A model generated the notes under the pieces. That model made no database searches. It saw nothing but the letters and a program-made list of their open reading frames with translations, and was not told where the DNA came from. A stretch of 64,000 nt of DNA from an uncultured Verrucomicrobiae bacterium (GTDB taxonomy: Bacteria > Verrucomicrobiota > Verrucomicrobiia > Opitutales > JABDGR01). Positions 9,286-19,056 of this stretch are shown piece by piece. The translations under genes and the position numbers were made by a program. The stretch is from positions 512,001-576,000 of the forward strand of contig CAVXVB010000005.1 of the NCBI GenBank assembly GCA_963765205.1, given 5' to 3'. Each line of letters begins with the position of its first letter. Position 1 is the first letter of the stretch.

Positions 9286-11541
9286 ATGAATGACTTGCTG
9301 GCCGAGGACGCCGATCTGCTGCGGCATTATGCCGTCGGTTCCGAAGCGGCGTTTCGCGAATTGGTGCGGCGCCACCTCGGCATGGTCCATGCGACCGCGC
9401 GACGTATTCTGGCGACGGCGCCGCATTTGGCGGATGATGTGACCCAGGCCGTATTCACGGACTTGGCGAAACAGGCCCCCACTCTGCAAGCGGGTTTCGT
9501 GCTGGGCGGCTGGCTGCACCGGCACACTTGTTATCTCGCACGGAACGCCGCGCGCGCCGAACACCGCCGCCGCGCGCGGGAAAGGACCGCCATGGAAATC
9601 AATGCCCTCCACGAAAATTCCGGCCAGGACGCGCACTGGGCGCAACTGGCCCCGGTGCTCGACGCCGCGCTCAACCAGCTCGAAGCTGCCGACCGCGACG
9701 CCCTTGTGCTGCGCTATTTGGAGCAGCGCGATTTGCGCAGCGTTGGCCGCGCCCTTGGATCGAGCGAAGACGCCGCGCAAATGCGCGTGGCCCGCGCGTT
9801 GGAAAAGCTGCGCGTATTCCTGGTTCGCGCCGGAGTAACGGTCGCCTCGGCCTCCGCTTTGGGCACCACGCTTAACGCCAGCGCCTCGGCCCCGTTGCCA
9901 GCGGGCCTGGCCGCATCCGTTGCTACCAGCGCTTTGACTGGTGCGACGGTGGCGAGTGTCACCCCCTTCACCCTCGTCCCTGTAAAAACCTTGGTCGCGT
10001 CGAAACTCGCCCTGAGCGTTGCCGCAACTGCCGCCATTGCGGCCGTTCTTGCTTATTCGATTGGCTTGTCGCACCATTCGCCGCCTGTTGAAGGCAACGC
10101 CAAGCCGATGGCAAAACAAGCGCCAGCAAGGCCTTCAAGCACAGTCGTCAGGAATAATGATGGCACTTTAACTATTACAGATGGCATTTTAACAACGCCA
10201 TACGGCACTTTACATATTAAGCCAGGAGCATCTTTAGGCCTTGATGAATATAGATCGCTTATAACGCTTCAGTTGGGTCGACTTATAAAAACAGACCCGC
10301 AGAAAGCGTTGGAGGGTTTAGCTAAATGGCCGCCTGGTCCCGACACAGATAAAATGTATCGCCAAATTTTTACTCTCTGGTCCAATGACGGTAAATCTTC
10401 ACCACAAGCCGCCGCTACGGCCTACAACCTACCTATCGGCAAGGATCGGGATTTAGCGATACAAGCCGTTGTTGACAATTGGGCCAAATCTGATCCTGCC
10501 TCACTACTCAATTGGGCCAGCAGTCTCGCTACAGCCGACTCTGGGACACTGACGAACGCCTTTAGCGAGGTCGCCACCAAGGAGAACCAGCCTGCCTTGG
10601 CGGCCCAATATGTGGACGACATCACCGACGCCACTACGCGCGCGCAAGCAATAGTTACCATTGCGACAGCTTGGGGTATTACAGACCCCATGGGGACGTT
10701 GACATGGCTCGACAACACTGCCACGGGCGACGCCTATGACACCAGCGTCAATAACCTCATGAGCAACCTAGCCAAGCAAGACCCGGCCCAGGCCGCCGCG
10801 CTGGTGGGCAACATCACCGAGCCGGGCGTGCAAGCCGCCGCCATCATCAATACCGCTGGCGCTTGGGGAGCCACCGACCCCCAGGCGGCCTTGGCGTGGG
10901 TGAACAGCTTACCCGCCGCCGAGGCCGGCGCCCAAAACGTCGCCCTCAGTTCCACGGTCGCTAGTTGGGCCAAAAACGACCCCGCCGCCGCCCTGGCCTA
11001 TGTGCAAAATTCCCCCGATGCATCGATTTACCTAAGCGCGGCGCCTGTTATCGCTGGTTCGCTGTCGCAGTCCGATCCGCAGGCGGCGCTCAACTGGACG
11101 AATAGTCTGCCCGCGGGCGCTGACAAAGACCAGGCACTCAGCAACGTGCTCGACAACATGGCGGGAACCGATTTCAACTCGGCGTGGAATTATGCATCGA
11201 GCCTGCCCGTCGGCGATGGCCGCGACCTCGCCATGGCCGGCCTTATTGGCGTCGAAGCCAAAACGAACCTGTCCCAAGCCGTCACGATGGTGGGGCAGTT
11301 TCCCGCCGGCAGCGCGCAGAACAGCGCGACGGGCCAACTGGCCGACGTGTGGGCGGTGCAAAACCCGAATGCCTTTGTCCAATGGGTCACGGCGCTGCCG
11401 CCGGGAGGCCAGCAAGACGCGGCCCTCGCAGCGGCCATCACGGCCGCGAATTCCTCGAATAAATCCCAGGCTGCGCACGCGAGTCTCGTGCAAAGATTGA
11501 CCAAAATCCAAGCCGCCCTCAAAAGCCAATCGTCCAACTAA
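9286..11541 (+). CDS. ECF-type sigma-70 factor with TM helix and long C-terminal helical-repeat extension
   Basis: AFRELVRRH, ADDVTQAVF, GWL, LDAALNQL...DRDALVLRY, AQMRVARALEKLR; TM LALSVAATAAIAAVLAYSIGL; repeated DPxAALxW units. Confidence 0.88.
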   Translation: MNDLLAEDADLLRHYAVGSEAAFRELVRRHLGMVHATARRILATAPHLADDVTQAVFTDLAKQAPTLQAGFVLGGWLHRHTCYLARNAARAEHRRRARERTAMEINALHENSGQDAHWAQLAPVLDAALNQLEAADRDALVLRYLEQRDLRSVGRALGSSEDAAQMRVARALEKLRVFLVRAGVTVASASALGTTLNASASAPLPAGLAASVATSALTGATVASVTPFTLVPVKTLVASKLALSVAATAAIAAVLAYSIGLSHHSPPVEGNAKPMAKQAPARPSSTVVRNNDGTLTITDGILTTPYGTLHIKPGASLGLDEYRSLITLQLGRLIKTDPQKALEGLAKWPPGPDTDKMYRQIFTLWSNDGKSSPQAAATAYNLPIGKDRDLAIQAVVDNWAKSDPASLLNWASSLATADSGTLTNAFSEVATKENQPALAAQYVDDITDATTRAQAIVTIATAWGITDPMGTLTWLDNTATGDAYDTSVNNLMSNLAKQDPAQAAALVGNITEPGVQAAAIINTAGAWGATDPQAALAWVNSLPAAEAGAQNVALSSTVASWAKNDPAAALAYVQNSPDASIYLSAAPVIAGSLSQSDPQAALNWTNSLPAGADKDQALSNVLDNMAGTDFNSAWNYASSLPVGDGRDLAMAGLIGVEAKTNLSQAVTMVGQFPAGSAQNSATGQLADVWAVQNPNAFVQWVTALPPGGQQDAALAAAITAANSSNKSQAAHASLVQRLTKIQAALKSQSSN

Positions 11542-11578
11542 GGTTCCGGCGTGACCGGGGCCAAAAACCACCAAGGCC

Positions 11579-13441
11579 ATGAAAAACTCACTCCGCGCGA
11601 AAGTCCTTTACCCCGCCTTTCTGCTCATGGTCGTGGGCGTGGCATATTACGGTGGAAAATCCGCCTGGTTCCAGCCGAGAGAAATGCCCACCGCCCCAAT
11701 GCCTCCCAAGAAAATGCCTGCCACCCAGACGCCCGACGCAGCCCAACCCGCGCGTCCCGTCAAGGTCAAGACCCTTGAGGAATCCAAAGCGTTTTTTGCC
11801 GATTTGCTGGCGGGGAATTGGCCCGACCAATTCAAAAGCAAGAATGACAAGCAAAATTATATTCGTGGTTTCCTGCGCAGTGCGGAATTCGATCCGAAGG
11901 ATGTTCCCGATTTGATCGCCCTGCTCCATGACGCGCCGGACAACGCCGACCAGCAACTGATGATTTTTGAGTTGCTCGGTCGGATTGCGGGAAACATTCC
12001 GCCAGGACTGGGAGGCGCGAATCCTGCGCTGGCCTTGCAACTGCTCGACAATTTGTCGGACCCCGCCCAGTGGAAGCAAATGTTGGGCACCGCCCTGAAT
12101 CGCCTGGCTACGGATGATCCGCAAGCCGCCTGGAAAGAATTGACCAGCCTCCCGCCCGGCACCGCGCCAACCGATATCTACGCCGCCATTTTCTCGAACT
12201 TAGCGAAGCAAGACCCGGCGGGTGCGGCAGCGGATGCGGTCAACCTGCCACCCGGCCCGGACCGTGATAACGCCTTGCAAGGGGTGGGTAAAAGCTGGAT
12301 TTCCACCGATCCGCAAGCCGCCCTCAATTGGGCCTCCAGCCTGCCAGGAAGTGAGAGCTTGGTTAACGGCATGATCCAGAGTCTGGCGGCCAACAATCCT
12401 AAGCTCGCCGAATCCTATGTGAACGACATGACCGACCCCATCATGCGCAACGACACAATTACGACCATTGGCCGCAGGTTGCAAAATGGACCAAATGGCG
12501 ACCCGGCCGCCGCCTTGGCTTGGTTTAACCAGACAGCAACGGGTAGCGCCTACCAAACCGCAGTGGCCAACCTCTTTGAGGGCTTGTCCACGCCCAGCAT
12601 GCAAACTTTGACTAGCTCCGACGGTAACCCGGTTATCTCCCTTTCCACGAATATGAAGGATATTTCACTGGCCGTCTCCTTGGTGGCTAACGTCACCGAT
12701 CCGACCGCCCAACAGGCGGCCATTGCCAGCGTGGCGGGCGGCTGGGCCCAAAGCGACCCACGGGCCGCCTTAACCTGGGTGAACAGCTTGCCGGATTCTG
12801 AGGCCACCGCCCGCGCCGCCGCCATGAACACGATCGTGACCACCTGGTCGAATACCGATCCGGCCGCCGCGGTTGCCTTTGTGCAAAACTCCGCCGACCC
12901 ATCGGTTTTTCAATCTATCGCGCCGACCCTCGCGCAAACCTTGGCGGCAACTAATCCGCAGGCGGCGCTGGCCTTCGCGCAGAGCCTGTCGGCGGGCACG
13001 GCCCAAACCCAGGCGCTCAGCAATGTTTTGGTCGGCTTGGCTGGATCGAATTTTACGGCAGCCTGGACCGATGCAACCAACCTGCCGCAGGGCGATGCCC
13101 AGAACACCATCATGACCAATCTCGTTGCGACCGAAGCCAAAGCCAACCCGGCCCAAGCCGCCGCGTTGCTGAATAATATTCCCGACCCAACCGCTCAAAT
13201 CACCGCCACAAGCACGCTGGCCACCACCTGGATAAAACTCGATCCGCAAGCCTTTACGACCTGGCTCGACACGCTGCCCGCCGGCGACGTGCGCGACACG
13301 GCGATCGCGCAATTGGTCTCCTCAAAGCAGGCCACGAAGAATCCCGCGGGCGTGCTGGCCTGGGCGAACACGGTGGCGAATCCGCAAACGAAAGCGGCCC
13401 TCTTGCAACAACTCGCGCAAGCCCAAACTGCGGCCAAGTGA
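11579..13441 (+). CDS. Membrane-anchored helical-repeat protein (DPxAALxW repeats), paralog of the sigma-factor extension
   Basis: N-terminal hydrophobic anchor, repeats collinear with the C-terminal part of 9286..11541. Confidence 0.8.
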   Translation: MKNSLRAKVLYPAFLLMVVGVAYYGGKSAWFQPREMPTAPMPPKKMPATQTPDAAQPARPVKVKTLEESKAFFADLLAGNWPDQFKSKNDKQNYIRGFLRSAEFDPKDVPDLIALLHDAPDNADQQLMIFELLGRIAGNIPPGLGGANPALALQLLDNLSDPAQWKQMLGTALNRLATDDPQAAWKELTSLPPGTAPTDIYAAIFSNLAKQDPAGAAADAVNLPPGPDRDNALQGVGKSWISTDPQAALNWASSLPGSESLVNGMIQSLAANNPKLAESYVNDMTDPIMRNDTITTIGRRLQNGPNGDPAAALAWFNQTATGSAYQTAVANLFEGLSTPSMQTLTSSDGNPVISLSTNMKDISLAVSLVANVTDPTAQQAAIASVAGGWAQSDPRAALTWVNSLPDSEATARAAAMNTIVTTWSNTDPAAAVAFVQNSADPSVFQSIAPTLAQTLAATNPQAALAFAQSLSAGTAQTQALSNVLVGLAGSNFTAAWTDATNLPQGDAQNTIMTNLVATEAKANPAQAAALLNNIPDPTAQITATSTLATTWIKLDPQAFTTWLDTLPAGDVRDTAIAQLVSSKQATKNPAGVLAWANTVANPQTKAALLQQLAQAQTAAK

Positions 13442-13447
13442 AATTTA

Positions 13448-13521
13448 ACCACGGATGCCACGGATAGCACGGATGATAAAATCCTCGGAGAAAAATCCGT
13501 GCTATCCGTGAAATCCGTGGT
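13448..13521. repeat. Inverted 9-mer array repeat (CACGGAT family)
   Basis: accacggatgccacggatagcacggatg / atccgtgctatccgtgaaatccgtggt; similar elements at 56867-56999 and, degenerate, 28114-28235. Confidence 0.78.
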
Positions 13522-13585
13522 TCTCCGCTCTTTGCGCCCTCCGCGCCTTTGCGATGAAAATGTGTGTTTACCTCGCAGCCCGAAA

Positions 13586-13855
13586 CTAATTCGCCGCCGA
13601 CGCTTCCGCCGCTTCCGGGATCACATGCACGGTGCGGTGCGCGGCGTCCCATTTCACCAAGCCGTCCTTCAACGCATACAGCGTGAAGTTGCGCCCCTGG
13701 CCGACGTTGTCGCCCGGGTGCATCTTCGTCCCGTGCTGGCGCATGAGGATGTTGCCGGCGATGACGTATTCGCCGCCGTAGCGTTTGATGCCGAGGCGCT
13801 GCGCGTGGCTGTCGCGGCCGTTCTTGGATGTGCCCTGACCTTTTTTGTGTGCCAT
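13586..13855 (-). CDS. rpmA: 50S ribosomal protein L27
   Basis: [37 protein letters not shown]. Confidence 0.98.
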   Translation of the reverse strand: MAHKKGQGTSKNGRDSHAQRLGIKRYGGEYVIAGNILMRQHGTKMHPGDNVGQGRNFTLYALKDGLVKWDAAHRTVHVIPEAAEASAAN

Positions 13856-13903
13856 GACGGGAAGAAGTTAAGAATGGAAAATGGAAAAATGCAAGCAAGC
13901 CGC

Positions 13904-14218
13904 TTACGCCTTGATGCCTTCGATTTTGATGACCGACAATTCTTGGCGGTGGCCGCGGCGGCGTTCATAGCGCTTGCGGCGCTTTTTCTTGAACACATGC
14001 ACCTTGTCCCCGCGCTTGTTCTCCAAAATGCGCACCGAGACGGACGCCCCGGCCACCAGCGGCGTGCCAATGCGCGCGTCCGCGCCGTCGCCCACGAGGA
14101 GGACGTCATTGATCTCGACCAGGTCGCCGGCGGAGGTGTTCGGGAAACGGTTTACTTTCAGGATGTCGCCTTCCTGCACGATGAACTGGCGTCCCTGGGT
14201 CTTAATGGTGGCTTTCAT
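13904..14218 (-). CDS. rplU: 50S ribosomal protein L21
   Basis: Start [12 protein letters not shown] at 14218; [16 protein letters not shown]; upstream of rpmA. Confidence 0.98.
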   Translation of the reverse strand: MKATIKTQGRQFIVQEGDILKVNRFPNTSAGDLVEINDVLLVGDGADARIGTPLVAGASVSVRILENKRGDKVHVFKKKRRKRYERRRGHRQELSVIKIEGIKA

Positions 14219-14327
14219 GGAATGGAATACGGGCAAACGGTAAGCAAAACGCATCCGGCTGCCCGAGGCAAGCGTTTTTCCCGCCTTTTTTCGGATGTGG
14301 CATGGTTTGGTGGTTCCGTCCGGTTTT

Positions 14328-14353
14328 CGTAGCGCGGGCTGAAGCACCGCGCT
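14328..14353. repeat. REP-like palindrome, copy 1
   Basis: cgtagcgcgggctgaagcaccgcgct identical to 30525-30550. Confidence 0.75.
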
Positions 14354-14451
14354 GCGAAGGAAACAACTCCTCAAATTACGCCCTCTTTTCTTCACTCTTG
14401 CCCATTCCCCCAAAATGTGCAACCTTGACCCTCTTGGCAGGTTTTTAACGC

Positions 14452-16026
14452 ATGGTGCGGGGCTGGCCCCGGCTCCGCTCCATGCTCGCTATGGGAGACG
14501 CTTGGTCATTGTTGCTGCCGATTGGAACTGGGGCCGCGGTTACGCTGCTCATCGGTTGGGCCTTCCTGCGCGCCCGCAAACGCGACCTCCTCGAAAAGGC
14601 CGACAACATCCTCAACCTCGCCCGCAAGGAGGCCGAAATCCAGGCCCGCGACCTCCGCCTCCAGGCCGAGCAGGACATCGCCCACGCCCGCGCCCAATTC
14701 CAAGGTGAGCAACAGGCCGCCGCCTCCCAGCGCCAGGCCGCCGAAACCGAACTCGCCGAGACCCGCGCCCGCCTCGAAACCCGCGAGGACGAAATCTCCC
14801 GCCGCGAAGCCTTCTCCAACAGCCGCCGCGCCGAAATCGAAGCCCTCCGCGACCAGCTCGAACGCCAGAGCCAGTTCTACCGCGAACGCCTCCGCGGCGC
14901 CGCCACCCTCAACGAAGAGCAGCTCCGCGCCGCCCTCCGCGAGGAAGTCCGCACCGAGTCCGCCATTGAGCTGCGCGAGCTGCGCAACCAGCTGCGCAAC
15001 CGCGCCGAAACCGAGTTGCAGGACGAAGGTCGCCGCATCCTCATTGACTCCCTCCAGCGCCTCACCTCGACCGTCCCCGCCGAAATCGGCGCCACCCTCG
15101 TCCGCCTGCCCAACGAGGAAATGAAAGGCCGCATCATCGGCCGCGAAGGCCGCAACATCAAGGCCTTCGAGTCCGCCACCGGCGTCACCCTCATGATTGA
15201 CGAGACGCCCGACGCGGTCCTGGTTTCGAGCTTCGACCCCGTCCGCCGCGAAGTCGCCCGCCTCGCCCTCGAACGCCTCGTCGCCGACGGCCGCATCCAC
15301 CCCGCCAGCATCGAGGAATTCGTCCACAAAGCCGACGACGAAGTCCGCCACAACTTCGCCGTCCTCGGCGAAAAAGCCGTCGCCCGCCTCCACCTCACCT
15401 CCGCCGTCCACCCCGAACTCGTTTCCCTCCTCGGCAAACTTCATTTCCGCCTCTCGAACAATCAGAACACGCTCGACCACTCCGTCGAAGTCGCCTCGAT
15501 TTGCTCCTTCATCGCCGCCGAACTCGGCCTTGACCCCGAACCCGCCCGCCGCGCCGGCCTCTTTCACGATCTCGGCAAAGCCCTCAACGGCGACCACCCC
15601 GGCAGCCACGCCCTCGCCGCCGCCGACCTCCTCCGCTCCTACGGCGAAGACCCCCGCGTCATCAACGCCGTCGCCGCCCACCATCAGGAAATCCCCCCCG
15701 AAAGCGTTTACGCCCCCCTTCTCATCATCGCGGACTCCCTCTCCGCCGCCCGCCCCGGCGCGCGCTCGGAGTCCATCGCCGGCTACCTCCAGCGCGTCCG
15801 CTCCCTCGAAGACCTCGCCCGCGCCTTCCCCGGCGTCACGGAAGCCTACGCCATGCAAGCCGGCCGCGAAGTTCGCGTCATCGTCGCCCCCGAGCGCCTC
15901 ACCGACGACCAGGCCCGCCAGCTCGCCTTGGATCTGCGCCACCGCATCGAAAACGACCTCAATTACCAAGGCGCCATCAAAATCACCGTCATCCGCGAAA
16001 CGAGGTTCAGCGAAACGGCGAAGTAG
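14452..16026 (+). CDS. rny: Ribonuclease Y
   Basis: N-terminal TM, coiled coil, KH motif [15 protein letters not shown] motif [30 protein letters not shown]; start may be 14482 or 14491. Confidence 0.97.
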   Translation: MVRGWPRLRSMLAMGDAWSLLLPIGTGAAVTLLIGWAFLRARKRDLLEKADNILNLARKEAEIQARDLRLQAEQDIAHARAQFQGEQQAAASQRQAAETELAETRARLETREDEISRREAFSNSRRAEIEALRDQLERQSQFYRERLRGAATLNEEQLRAALREEVRTESAIELRELRNQLRNRAETELQDEGRRILIDSLQRLTSTVPAEIGATLVRLPNEEMKGRIIGREGRNIKAFESATGVTLMIDETPDAVLVSSFDPVRREVARLALERLVADGRIHPASIEEFVHKADDEVRHNFAVLGEKAVARLHLTSAVHPELVSLLGKLHFRLSNNQNTLDHSVEVASICSFIAAELGLDPEPARRAGLFHDLGKALNGDHPGSHALAAADLLRSYGEDPRVINAVAAHHQEIPPESVYAPLLIIADSLSAARPGARSESIAGYLQRVRSLEDLARAFPGVTEAYAMQAGREVRVIVAPERLTDDQARQLALDLRHRIENDLNYQGAIKITVIRETRFSETAK

Positions 16027-16232
16027 GCGGGTTGGCCTGGCCGCCCATCATAACCAGGGGCGCCCAGCGGCGACCCGGGATCTGTCAACCTCCCGGCCCC
16101 ATCTTGCGTGCGATTTTATAGGATGGCGCAAAAGAGGGTCGCCTGTGGAAAATGGGGCAGGGTACTGCCCGGTGATAATACCCTTGCCCGCTAACGGGAA
16201 TTGGCACAAGTTTTGCATTGAGCCATCAATCC

Positions 16233-18314
16233 ATGAGTTTAGGCGATGACACACGGCCCCACCCGGGTGATTCCCCAGCCGACTTGATTAAATTATTTGA
16301 GCGTTACTCCAGCATTGTGGAAAACGCCATCGAGGGCATTTTTCAATCCACTCCCGAAGGACACTACCTGCTGGTCAACCCCGCCCTGGCGCACATGTAT
16401 GGTTATGCGTCCCCGGAAGAGTTGATCAACAGCGTGCGCGACATTTCCAAAAGCGTTTACGTGGATGATGCGATGCGCTTGGAGTTCAAGCGGCTCATCG
16501 AGCGCGACGGGTTCGTTCACGGGCTGGAATACCAGGTGTATCGCAAGGACCGGAGCATCATTTGGATTTCGGAGCAGGCCCGGGTCGTGCGCGGCCCGGA
16601 CGGCCAGGTGGCCTACTACGAGGGCTTCATCCAGAACATCACCGCCCGCAAACTCATCGAACAGGAATTGCTCGCGGCCAAAGAGGCGGCCGTTGCCGCC
16701 AGCGTCGCCAAAAGCCAGTTTCTCGCGGTCATGAGCCATGAAATCCGCACCCCCATGAACGGCGTCATCGGCATGACCTCGATCCTGCTCGACACCCAGC
16801 TCACCCCCGAGCAGCGCGACTGCGTCGAGACCATCCGCCAAAGCGGCGACGCGCTGCTGTTGGTGATCAACGACATCCTTGATTTTTCCAAGATCGAATC
16901 CGGCCGCCTCACCCTCGAGCACGAGGAATTTTCCGTGGTCGAATGTGTCGAGGGCGCGCTTGACATTCTGGCCCCCAAAGCCGCCGAAAAACAGCTCGAT
17001 TTGCTTTATGAAATCGCCGCCGGCGTGCCGCCCCTGGCGCGGGGTGACGAGACCCGGCTGCGCCAGATCCTCGTCAACCTGCTCGGCAATGCGATCAAGT
17101 TCACCGCGCGCGGCGAAGTCGTGCTCACCGTCGGCGTGCAGCCGCTCGCGGAACCCGCGGCCGCGGGCGGGCCGGAACGCGTGCGCCTGCTTTTTTCCGT
17201 CCGCGACACCGGCATCGGCATTTCCGCCGGGGCAATGGCCCGGCTCTTCCAGTCCTTTTCCCAGGCCGACGCCTCCACCACCCGCCGCTACGGCGGCTCC
17301 GGCCTGGGCCTGGTCATCAGCAAACGACTCGCCGAGTTGATGCACGGCGAGATGTCCGTGGAGAGCAAGGTGGGCAGTGGCTCGACCTTCCGCTTCAGCG
17401 TGGTCGTCGAGAATGTGCCCGTCAAACCCCGGCAGTATCATGCGACCGGGTATCTCCCCCTGGCCGGCAAACGCCTGCTGATCGTGGACGACAACGAAAC
17501 CAACCGCCGCATTCTCCTGCGCCTGGCACAGGGCTGGAACATGCTCGCCCAGGCGGTGGACTCCGGGCCGGCGGCGCTGGTCTTGCTCGAGTCCGGCGCC
17601 CGCTTTGATTTTGCCATCCTCGACATGCAGATGCCCGACATGGACGGCCTCATGCTCGGCGCCGCCATCCGCCAGCATTTCAGCGCCGACACCCTGCCCA
17701 TGGTGCTGTTGTCCTCGCATGGCGAACGCGCCCACATTGCGGACAAATCGCTCTTCGCCGCGTCGCTGGTCAAGCCCGCGAAGCCGGCCCAGTTGATTGA
17801 CGCCCTCGCCAAATTATGCACCGCCCGGGCCGAAAAAGCCGCCGGACCCTCCTCCTCCGGCACGCCTCCCGGCTTCCTCCTCCACCACGAAAAAGTGCTC
17901 CTCGCCGACGACAACGCCATCAATCAAAAGGTCGCCGCCACCATGATCTCCAAGCTCGGATATCGGGCCGACCCCGCGGCCAACGGGCTGGAGGCGCTCA
18001 CCGCCGTCAAGCGCCAGCACTACGACATCATTTTCATGGACGTGCAAATGCCGGAGATGGACGGCCTCGAGGCCACCCGCCGCATCCGCTCCCTTGCCGC
18101 CGCCGCTGGCCGGCGCGGCCCCTGGATCATCGCCCTCACCGCGAATGCCATGCAGGACGACCGCGAACTCTGCCTGGCCGCCGGCATGGACGACTACGTC
18201 ACCAAGCCCTTCAAGCAGGCTGACATCTCCGCCGCCTTTGCCCGCGCCCGCGCCGCCGGGCTGGCCGTGGTGGCGAAGGTGGGCCGCGCCGCCACCGACG
18301 GCGCCAGCGCGTAA
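16233..18314 (+). CDS. PAS hybrid sensor histidine kinase with two receiver domains
   Basis: PAS/PAC, H-box MSHEIRTPMN, NLLGNAIKFT, DTGIG, GGSGLGL, two REC domains (DMQMP, DVQMP); no TM. Confidence 0.95.
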   Translation: MSLGDDTRPHPGDSPADLIKLFERYSSIVENAIEGIFQSTPEGHYLLVNPALAHMYGYASPEELINSVRDISKSVYVDDAMRLEFKRLIERDGFVHGLEYQVYRKDRSIIWISEQARVVRGPDGQVAYYEGFIQNITARKLIEQELLAAKEAAVAASVAKSQFLAVMSHEIRTPMNGVIGMTSILLDTQLTPEQRDCVETIRQSGDALLLVINDILDFSKIESGRLTLEHEEFSVVECVEGALDILAPKAAEKQLDLLYEIAAGVPPLARGDETRLRQILVNLLGNAIKFTARGEVVLTVGVQPLAEPAAAGGPERVRLLFSVRDTGIGISAGAMARLFQSFSQADASTTRRYGGSGLGLVISKRLAELMHGEMSVESKVGSGSTFRFSVVVENVPVKPRQYHATGYLPLAGKRLLIVDDNETNRRILLRLAQGWNMLAQAVDSGPAALVLLESGARFDFAILDMQMPDMDGLMLGAAIRQHFSADTLPMVLLSSHGERAHIADKSLFAASLVKPAKPAQLIDALAKLCTARAEKAAGPSSSGTPPGFLLHHEKVLLADDNAINQKVAATMISKLGYRADPAANGLEALTAVKRQHYDIIFMDVQMPEMDGLEATRRIRSLAAAAGRRGPWIIALTANAMQDDRELCLAAGMDDYVTKPFKQADISAAFARARAAGLAVVAKVGRAATDGASA

Positions 18315-18347
18315 TCCGCCCGCCGCGCCCGCCCCGGGCGTCGAAGC

Positions 18348-18440
18348 CTGCGCCACCGCATCGGAAACGACCTCAATTACCAGGGCGCCATCAAAATCAC
18401 CGTCAGCCGCGAAACCCGGTTCAGCGAAACGGCGAAGTAA
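18348..18440 (+). repeat. Degenerate direct repeat of the last 93 bp of rny
   Basis: 87/93 identity (counted by eye) to 15934-16026. Confidence 0.92.
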
Positions 18441-18654
18441 CAACCCTGGCACGAAGTACAGGGAATTGCCCTGAGCAAAGCGAGGGGGATTAAGTGATGC
18501 TTGCTTGGCTGTTTTGGGGTTGCCGGGGTCGGTGAGAGCGGGCTAAGTTCGTTTTTAAACCTCGCCGCAGCCGGTGCCGAACCAGGCGGGAAAGCGGGCG
18601 CTGTAATCCCATGGATGGATAACCACATTGGCACGTGGACTTTGAGGAACAAAG

Positions 18655-19056
18655 ATGACCCGAATAAATTCGAATCTGGATCCCAAAACCCTCAAGCGCA
18701 TGCACCTGATCGCCGAGTATCGCGAGATTACCATGGTGCCGGCGGCCTTGCGCCGCAGTCTGCGCACCCGGAAGAAAGAAGACATCCTTGCCGGCATTCC
18801 GGAAAAGTTTACGTTAAACCAAGGACACGTGGCTTTCTTTTATAATAAGCAACGGTTCCTGAAAAAAAGATTTGGGCGATTATGTAAAGAAATGGCCCGG
18901 CGTGGTTACAAATTTGATCTTACTCGCGGAAAGGCCTTTGACGGGTTTGACGACGACTTTAACGGCTTTTGGAATTCCACCCCCGCGGATGATGGCCTGG
19001 TGTTGGCCCGTATCAGCCTGCGGATATCCCAAAAGCCCCACCTGTATACAGACTAA
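18655..19056 (+). CDS. Pyrimidine-dimer DNA glycosylase (T4 endonuclease V/DenV-like)
   Basis: MTRIN N-terminus, HLIAEYRE, GHVAFFYNK, RG, C-terminal ARISLRISQKP match the T4 DenV pattern as I recall it; AT-richer than neighbours. Confidence 0.88.
   Translation: MTRINSNLDPKTLKRMHLIAEYREITMVPAALRRSLRTRKKEDILAGIPEKFTLNQGHVAFFYNKQRFLKKRFGRLCKEMARRGYKFDLTRGKAFDGFDDDFNGFWNSTPADDGLVLARISLRISQKPHLYTD

Noticed and set aside
14219..14451. 6S RNA upstream of rny
   Set aside because: No long irregular hairpin with a central bubble is evident; only a REP-like palindrome and promoter-like DNA.
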